From positions 1 through 27,750 of the IMG/VR virus record IMGVR_UViG_3300037483_001813: 27,750 bases of DNA; one strand, written 5' to 3'. Positions 15,559 through 21,696 of the stretch are shown in pieces; the stretch's first letter is position 1; each line of letters starts with the position of its first letter. The position numbers were made by a program, and so were the translations under genes. A model generated the notes under the pieces. That model did not search any database and was not told where the DNA came from. It saw nothing but the letters and a program-made list of their open reading frames with translations. Source of the DNA: a virus. Its lineage: Duplodnaviria; Caudoviricetes.

Positions 15559-17399
15559 TGGCCAGCGAATTTGACACCAGAGAACTGAAAGCCAAACTAA
15601 AATTTGATATAGAAAAAGGTAGCGAGACCAAGGCTAAAAAATCGATTGATGAATTAGCCAGGGCGACCGAACGAGCCGCAAAAGAAGCGCAGGCAGCGAA
15701 AAAACGGTTTGCTGAAATGCGGGAACAGGCCGAAAAACTACAACAGGTCGGTACTCAGTTAAGTCTGGCCGGTGCTGCAATCGGCGCTCCGTTACTGTTG
15801 GCAGCCAGAAATTATGTAAACACCATCGGGACAGGGGAACAGGTATCCAGGCGCTGGTTGAGTACCACCGAACAAATGGAGAAATCTACGCTGCGGATTG
15901 GCCGGGTGGCTGCGGAACAGTTGCTGCCGGTGATGGAAAAAATAGCCGATGTGGCCGAAAAAGCAGCCGATTACGCAGAGAAAAATCCGGAGGCGGTTGG
16001 CAATGTTTTGAAGGTAGCGGCGGCGCTGGTGGTATCCGGACAGGCCATCAGTTTGTTGGCAGGGACGCGGAAACTGTTTGCCGGTATCGGGGAAGTGGGC
16101 GCGGGTGTGGCCGGAAAAGTTGCTGGTGGTGCCGCTGCCGGGAGTCTGGGTACATTCGGCGGTATTGCGGCAGTGGGCGGTGCATACCAGCTGGGGATTA
16201 CAAAGTTAATATCTGATCAATATAAAAAAATTCCGTTCATTGCCAACATCATCAACAAAGAGGCTGAGTTTCTGACCAATGCAGCGGAAAAATTGTTTGG
16301 TCCTGAAATGGCCGCCAAGGTTGCGCGCTGGACCGGGCTGGTAAAAGAAACCGGGGAAGCGCTGGATGAAACCACCACGTTTACCGATGCCCAGATGAAA
16401 GCCTTCCTATCGTACAAAGAGGCCGAGAGCAAGGCAACCGCTGATTACAACAAACAGCGGGCGCAGTTGATTTCATCGTTTGAACGGTCGGAAGCCAGTG
16501 CTGAAAAAACTTTCCTGCAAAACCGGGATAAACAAATGCGCGATTTTTACCGGTCGGAACAGCGGACTGAGGCGGATTACTACCGGCAGCGGGCGCAGAT
16601 GGCCAGGGATTTCGGGATTGAGATCCAACGATCCGAGGAGGACCATCAGCGCGAACTGGCCAGGATGCAGGCGGACCATAACCAGACTGTTGAGGAACTG
16701 CTGGATAACCAGGACGCGTTTGGTCTGGTACGGGAAATGCAGTCCTACGAGCGCCAGCGGCGGGAAGCTGACGAGGATTACAGCGTTGAAATGCGGCGGC
16801 GATCGGAGGATTATGCCAGGCAGGTGGCCGAACAGGCGCAGAGTTTTGCCATCCAAAGACAACAGCGGATGGAGGATTTCCAACTGCAATTGAAGGACAA
16901 TCAGGAACAATACCTTGAGGAACGACAACTGGCAAAAAAAGAACATCAGGAAAGTTTACGAGAGTTAAAAACGCAGTATGACGAGGAACGGCGGGCACGC
17001 AGGACGGCATTGATTGCCTCCCTGACAGAGGAACTGGACCTGAAACGTCGTTTCAATGCAGTCTGGTTTGCCGAATTGCAGCGTCTGATCCAACTGGCCA
17101 ACCAGAACACGACGGCAGTTCAGGGATCCCGTGCCAGCGGCGGTTATGTAACGGATGGAATCTACCGGATGCATGACGATGAATTTGTGCTCAATAAAAA
17201 CACGACCAGGGCGGTTGAACGGATGGCTGGTGGAAACCTGAACCAACAGGCTGTGCTGCGGGCGCTATCGGGAGGAAGAGGACAGATGGTGATTTATGAT
17301 AACCGGCGTTTCGATGGCCGAATCACAGCCGCGGACCGGGCGGATATTCGCCGGTCAACCGATGTCCAGTTATTGGAGGCGTTCGATGGCGCTGTATAG
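15558..17399 (+). CDS. Tape measure protein
   Basis: 613 aa, helical, with an Ala/Gly-rich segment and a long charged coiled coil. C-terminal RASGGYV...HDDEFVL motif. Follows the G/GT chaperone genes. Confidence 0.85.
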   Translation: MASEFDTRELKAKLKFDIEKGSETKAKKSIDELARATERAAKEAQAAKKRFAEMREQAEKLQQVGTQLSLAGAAIGAPLLLAARNYVNTIGTGEQVSRRWLSTTEQMEKSTLRIGRVAAEQLLPVMEKIADVAEKAADYAEKNPEAVGNVLKVAAALVVSGQAISLLAGTRKLFAGIGEVGAGVAGKVAGGAAAGSLGTFGGIAAVGGAYQLGITKLISDQYKKIPFIANIINKEAEFLTNAAEKLFGPEMAAKVARWTGLVKETGEALDETTTFTDAQMKAFLSYKEAESKATADYNKQRAQLISSFERSEASAEKTFLQNRDKQMRDFYRSEQRTEADYYRQRAQMARDFGIEIQRSEEDHQRELARMQADHNQTVEELLDNQDAFGLVREMQSYERQRREADEDYSVEMRRRSEDYARQVAEQAQSFAIQRQQRMEDFQLQLKDNQEQYLEERQLAKKEHQESLRELKTQYDEERRARRTALIASLTEELDLKRRFNAVWFAELQRLIQLANQNTTAVQGSRASGGYVTDGIYRMHDDEFVLNKNTTRAVERMAGGNLNQQAVLRALSGGRGQMVIYDNRRFDGRITAADRADIRRSTDVQLLEAFDGAV

Positions 17400-17757
17400 T
17401 TTTGAGATCGGAGCCACCAGCTCGACAACCAATGTGGAGAGTTTGACCATCCCGATGTCTGCACCGCAGAGTACGTTCGAACCATGGTCCGTGGTACAGA
17501 AACTGGCGGATGGGACGGAGCGTACGGCCGGATGGCCGGTTGCAACCTGGCACTGGGGATTTATGACCAGGGCACAATGGAACCAGTTAAGAGCCTACAT
17601 CACCGGAAAATCCGGGACGGTCTATATAAAGACGATGAAGGACGATGGAACGTACGTGAAATACCAGGCGATTATGCTGCTGCCAGCCATACCAGAACAG
17701 GCGGCTGATCGAATGCTGGATGTGACAATTCAATTTAAGTTAATTTCTGTTGTATAA
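17386..17757 (+). CDS. Putative distal tail (Dit/gpM-like) protein
   Basis: GGAGG (17375-17379) before ATG 17386; 123 aa directly after the TMP. Confidence 0.6.
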   Translation: MALYSFEIGATSSTTNVESLTIPMSAPQSTFEPWSVVQKLADGTERTAGWPVATWHWGFMTRAQWNQLRAYITGKSGTVYIKTMKDDGTYVKYQAIMLLPAIPEQAADRMLDVTIQFKLISVV

Positions 17758-17766
17758 GGAGAAAAC

Positions 17767-18114
17767 ATGGAACCAAAAAATTTCCCAAATTCAAAAATGA
17801 CCATAGCAGGCGCCATTGCCATTGATGAAACAAAAACTGAAGCGTTGAATACCTATAATTGCGTTCCGTGCGGAGTTGAAATTCCGTCTGAGATGACCGG
17901 AACTGCGATCAGTTTTGAGGATTCGGCCGATAATATCACGTTTCGGCCGGTAATCGACCCTGAAACAGGTGCTGCGTACAGTGTGTCTTTAGTTGAATCT
18001 GGATACATACCGCTCAAAATGGATTATTTTTGGGGCTGCCTGTATGTTAAGGTTGTGAGTAATCAGGCAGAGGCTGCAGCACGCGCCCTGGGTCTTCGTG
18101 TGCGAGGATCATAA
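17767..18114 (+). CDS. Hypothetical virion-associated protein (115 aa, beta-rich)
   Basis: SD AAGGAG; lies just upstream of the DGR target gene. Confidence 0.7.
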   Translation: MEPKNFPNSKMTIAGAIAIDETKTEALNTYNCVPCGVEIPSEMTGTAISFEDSADNITFRPVIDPETGAAYSVSLVESGYIPLKMDYFWGCLYVKVVSNQAEAAARALGLRVRGS

Positions 18115-18140
18115 ATTTGTTGAATAGTGGGAGGTGAATT

Positions 18141-19514
18141 TTGAGTCTCATACGACGATGGCTTCCAACGCACGGTAATGATATTACCGAAAACACGTTG
18201 ACCTACAACGGCGCTGCGGTCTATGGTGCTAAATGGCTAAAATCAGCAACCAGCACGCTTACTCGAACGAATGCGAGTGTTGATATGGTTGCCGCTCCAG
18301 GAGTTGATGCGTCGACTCCGACCAACGATTTTGACACCGCGGAAGTATTCGGCGAAATCACAGATGTTGAGGACACACTGGGAAATAAATTTGTGCGCTT
18401 TCCGAAACATTACATCAAAATCACAGATACACCGACCTATCTTTTGTTTCAGGTCTGCAAAAAACGCATGCCCGGGTCATATTGTCCGCAATGTCACATC
18501 GATCAGGATACGGGATTAGAGCTCGACTATGTATATATAGGAAAACATGTTGCCAGTCTGGATGGCGGCGGGACAAAACTTGCCAGTTTGCCGGATACAT
18601 ACCCGTTGATTAATAAAAATATCGTAGATTTCCGAAACTATGCGCGGGAAAACAATGCCGGTGGTCTGCTGGGTTACCAGCAATTGGATTTGCATGCCTA
18701 CGATATGCTGCAAATCCTGTTTTTGATCGAGTTTGCAAATCTGGATTCGCAGGCGGTTATGCAGGGATGGTCAACTGGTGTTTATGGAGCAACAGAATTA
18801 TTAACCGCTGATACGGCGGCAGCTAATACAATTGTTGTGGCGAATGTAACAGGTGCAAAATTCGCAGTTGGTCAACCAGCAGCACTTGGTTCGACACAAG
18901 GTGGTAATCAGGTGTTTTACGGGCGCAACATAACACAAATTGATGTGGATACACCAGGCGCGGGTTCTACTACCATCACGGTTGATGGGGCTGCGTTCAA
19001 TGCGACAACTGGAAATTACCTCTACAACGTAGCATGGAAATCAGGTTTTGGGGCAGATATTGCTGCCAGCAGCGGATCACTCGGATCCAATTCTACCGGA
19101 AAATTCCCGATGAAATATCGAGGCGTTGAGAATCTATATTCGAACCTGTGGCAATTTGTTGACGGCGTAAATATCAACGATAATCAGGCGTGGGTTTGCA
19201 AAAACGCAGACGATTATGCCAGCAATTTATTTGCCAGCCCGTACGAGCAGCTCTCGTACGTCAATGCAAATGCAAATAACTATGTAAAACTTATGGGTTA
19301 TGACCTAACTCATCCGTTTGCAAAATTTCCGGTTGATGTCAGCGCAAATTGGTATCGCGACTATTACTACCAGGCGGCGGGCCAAAGAATTGCCTTCGTC
19401 GGCGCGTCTTGGAACTACGGTGGTGATGCCGGGTTGTTCCATTGGCTTCTGAATAATTCCTCCGCGAGCACGCGCGTGAATATCGGTGGTCGCCTTCTCA
19501 AAAAAGCTCTTTAG
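18141..19514 (+). CDS. DGR target protein, putative receptor-binding tail protein with a C-terminal C-type-lectin-fold (Mtd/FGE-like) domain
   Basis: SD GGAGGTG with TTG start. YRGVENLYSNLWQFVDG and terminal IGGRL resemble CLec-fold DGR targets. The 3' end contains the VR. Confidence 0.88.
   Translation: MSLIRRWLPTHGNDITENTLTYNGAAVYGAKWLKSATSTLTRTNASVDMVAAPGVDASTPTNDFDTAEVFGEITDVEDTLGNKFVRFPKHYIKITDTPTYLLFQVCKKRMPGSYCPQCHIDQDTGLELDYVYIGKHVASLDGGGTKLASLPDTYPLINKNIVDFRNYARENNAGGLLGYQQLDLHAYDMLQILFLIEFANLDSQAVMQGWSTGVYGATELLTADTAAANTIVVANVTGAKFAVGQPAALGSTQGGNQVFYGRNITQIDVDTPGAGSTTITVDGAAFNATTGNYLYNVAWKSGFGADIAASSGSLGSNSTGKFPMKYRGVENLYSNLWQFVDGVNINDNQAWVCKNADDYASNLFASPYEQLSYVNANANNYVKLMGYDLTHPFAKFPVDVSANWYRDYYYQAAGQRIAFVGASWNYGGDAGLFHWLLNNSSASTRVNIGGRLLKKAL
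19389..19496 (+). repeat. DGR variable repeat (VR)
   Basis: 108 bp, ungapped against the TR with 96/108 identity; all 12 mismatches fall at TR adenines. Confidence 0.96.
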
Positions 19515-19519
19515 GGGGT

Positions 19520-19537
19520 TTGGGGGTCTCCCCCCAA
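19520..19537. promoter_or_regulatory. DGR target-recognition hairpin/cruciform downstream of the VR
   Basis: TTGGGGG-TCTC-CCCCCAA: 7-bp stem with a 4-nt loop (GAGA on the minus strand), 5 bp after the target stop codon. Confidence 0.75.
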
Positions 19538-19609
19538 GATCCTGAGCAGCTATAAGACAATTAAGAAAGTGAGGTTATTATAAAAAATTTTTGGGATTTA
19601 GGGTGCGCG

Positions 19610-19717
19610 ATTGCCATCGTCGGCGCGAATTGGAACAACAGTGGTAATGCCGGGTTGTTCAATTGGAATCTGAATAATTCCTCCGCGAACACGAACGTGA
19701 ATATCGGTGGTCGCCTT
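19610..19717 (+). ncRNA. DGR template repeat (TR)
   Basis: Adenine-retaining copy of the VR, offset by 221 bp. 27 adenines and 11 AAY codons in the VR frame. Lies between the target gene and the RT. Confidence 0.96.
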
Positions 19718-19842
19718 TTCATTAGCAGAAAAATTTTCCATAAATCTGCACTCTATCTTCCTTACCGCTTGGTAAAAATTAAGCCGCAAAGAGCAGGGTC
19801 TAGTAAAGCGTTATTGAAAAACCCTGAGGCTAATGAGAAACT

Positions 19843-20913
19843 ATGAAACGCATTGGATATTTATACCCAAAGGTTTGTGACATTAATACAATAAAAACAG
19901 CGATGCTAAAGGCTTCACTGGGAAAACGGGGTCGGAAACATGTAAAAGAAATACTGGATAATATGGATTACTTCGCGATCGAGGTCCAGAAAATGTTGGT
20001 TGATAAAACCTATACGCCATCACCTTACACAATCAAAAAAATCTACGACGGAGCTCATAAAAAAGAACGGGTGATTAGTAAGCCAAGATTTTATCCGGAC
20101 CAAATCATCCATTGGGCGTTGATGCTGGTGCTGGAACCGGTAATGATGCGCGGGATGTATAAGTACACCTGCGGAAGTGTTCCTGGAAGGGGAACAACGT
20201 ACGGTCAAAAGGAATTAAGAAAAGAGCTCGACACTGATTACAAAGGAACAAAATATTGTTTGAAAATGGATATCTCGAAATTCTATCCATCCATCGATCA
20301 GGTTTTACTGAAAAAAATGTTCAGGCGGGTTATCAAGGATCGGGACTGTTTGTGGCTGGTGGATGCAATTATTGAAAGTTCTGAATCGGGATTACCGATC
20401 GGAAACTATACCAGTCAATGGTTTTCAAATTTCTTTTTGCAGGATTTAGATCACTTCATCAAAGAAATTTTGAGCGTAAAGCATTACATCCGCTATGTGG
20501 ATGATCTGGTTATTTTAAGTGGTAATAAAAAAGAACTTCATCAGGCAAGAAAAAAAATTAAAAATTATCTAAATGGCCAGAACTTAAAACTAAAGCCAGA
20601 CTGGCAAGTTTTTCTTATCTCAAAACGCTTTATTGATTTTCTCGGATTGAAGTTTTACCGGGAAAAAATAACTTTACGAAAAGCAAATTCTCTGCGTATT
20701 CGCAGGAGAATGGCGAAAATTTCGAAAAAGAAAATATTGAACTATCTGGATGCCTGTGCAGTAGTTTCGTACTGGGGTTGGATTAAGCGCAGTGACAGCT
20801 ATAACTTTTACTTAAAATATTTTCGATCAAAAATCAGCCTGGCGAAGGCAAAAGGAGTAATACGATATTATGCCTATTTACGAAACCATACCGGCCTTCG
20901 GGCAGCTTGTTGA
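19843..20913 (+). CDS. DGR reverse transcriptase
   Basis: KERVISKP.FYPDQIIH, LKMDISKFYPSI, GLPIGNYTSQW (DGR-type SQ motif), YIRYVDD, IDFLG. 356 aa with no maturase or endonuclease domain; adjacent to TR/VR. Confidence 0.96.
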   Translation: MKRIGYLYPKVCDINTIKTAMLKASLGKRGRKHVKEILDNMDYFAIEVQKMLVDKTYTPSPYTIKKIYDGAHKKERVISKPRFYPDQIIHWALMLVLEPVMMRGMYKYTCGSVPGRGTTYGQKELRKELDTDYKGTKYCLKMDISKFYPSIDQVLLKKMFRRVIKDRDCLWLVDAIIESSESGLPIGNYTSQWFSNFFLQDLDHFIKEILSVKHYIRYVDDLVILSGNKKELHQARKKIKNYLNGQNLKLKPDWQVFLISKRFIDFLGLKFYREKITLRKANSLRIRRRMAKISKKKILNYLDACAVVSYWGWIKRSDSYNFYLKYFRSKISLAKAKGVIRYYAYLRNHTGLRAAC

Positions 20914-21682
20914 ATTTATTACCCAGGCAAATCCAACTATTGATGAAAACGGGGAGCGTCATTATGGGGTTGTAATCAATAGTATTGATTTTGTGGATCA
21001 GCCAATTGTAGAAGCTGCTGAAAGTTTGCTGGCAGATTATGAGAAGGTGGAGGTTTTGCGGGCCATCCCGGAGGTTCCAGCAGAGGATATTCCTGTGGTG
21101 CAGGTAAAGATCGAGGAAGTATTTCACAGTGATGTGGCCAAATTGGCAACCGTGACAGCGAACCCGAAAGAGATTGTATCCTCGCTAGTGGTAGCGAAAT
21201 CTTATCCGGATTGGGTCCCTGATCTCGTGGTAAAAATTGGCGATGTTTTGCGGTATCCTGTTGACAAAAATTTATATCAGGTTGTTCAAGGTCACACGAC
21301 TCAATCTGATTACACGCCGATTGTAGCAAAATCTCTTTTTAAGCGCTATTACGAACCAGATGATGACCCGTGGCCGTGGGTCCAGCCAGTAGGAGCACAT
21401 GATGCCTATCCAAAAAATGCTAAAGCATTATTTAATGGCGACATCTGGCAGAGCACAATCGATGCAAATGTTTGGCCCCCTGGGGTGACAGGCTGGGTAA
21501 ATTTAAGTAAACCGCTCCCGGCAATTTTGCCGTGGGTGCAGCCAACCGGTGCGCATGATGTTTACAACACCGGCAACCAGGTTACTTTCAACGGGCACCT
21601 GTGGGAGAGTTTGATTGATGCGAATGTTTGGTCACCGACTGTGTATCCTGCGGGATGGCGGGATCTGGGCGTTTACCCGTAG
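20870..21682 (+). CDS. Phage protein with carbohydrate-binding (CBM5/12, ChtBD3-like) repeats
   Basis: SD AAAGGAG; one W....IGD...Y...Y...QGHT module and two PWVQP.GAHD.Y......FNG..W.S.IDANVW.P repeats. Confidence 0.75.
   Translation: MPIYETIPAFGQLVEFITQANPTIDENGERHYGVVINSIDFVDQPIVEAAESLLADYEKVEVLRAIPEVPAEDIPVVQVKIEEVFHSDVAKLATVTANPKEIVSSLVVAKSYPDWVPDLVVKIGDVLRYPVDKNLYQVVQGHTTQSDYTPIVAKSLFKRYYEPDDDPWPWVQPVGAHDAYPKNAKALFNGDIWQSTIDANVWPPGVTGWVNLSKPLPAILPWVQPTGAHDVYNTGNQVTFNGHLWESLIDANVWSPTVYPAGWRDLGVYP
21374..21661 (+). repeat. Intragenic tandem duplication (period 156 bp / 52 aa) of the CBM-like module
   Basis: CCGTGGGTCCAGCCA... at 21374 and CCGTGGGTGCAGCCA... at 21530, with parallel translations. 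Confidence 0.8.
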
Positions 21683-21696
21683 ATATAGGAGTATTG

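Noticed and set aside
17767-18114. Candidate Avd because of its size and position
   Set aside because: Acidic, beta-strand-like sequence, unlike the basic helical Avd.
19554-19584. Dedicated promoter for TR-RT
   Set aside because: Only weak matches (AAGACA...TATTAT) in AT-rich DNA; not supportable.
19389-19717. Two-copy repeat as a CRISPR array or simple duplication
   Set aside because: Only two 108-bp copies, no spacers or cas genes, and mismatches are exclusively at adenines.
19843-20913. RT as a group II intron, retron or Abi RT
   Set aside because: No maturase or endonuclease domain; it carries the SQ motif and lies next to an adenine-specific TR/VR pair.
21628-21696. Longer N-termini given in the ORF track (also 1048, 3461, 14942, 17296)
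   Set aside because: Downstream ATGs have better SD sequences and/or avoid long overlaps.
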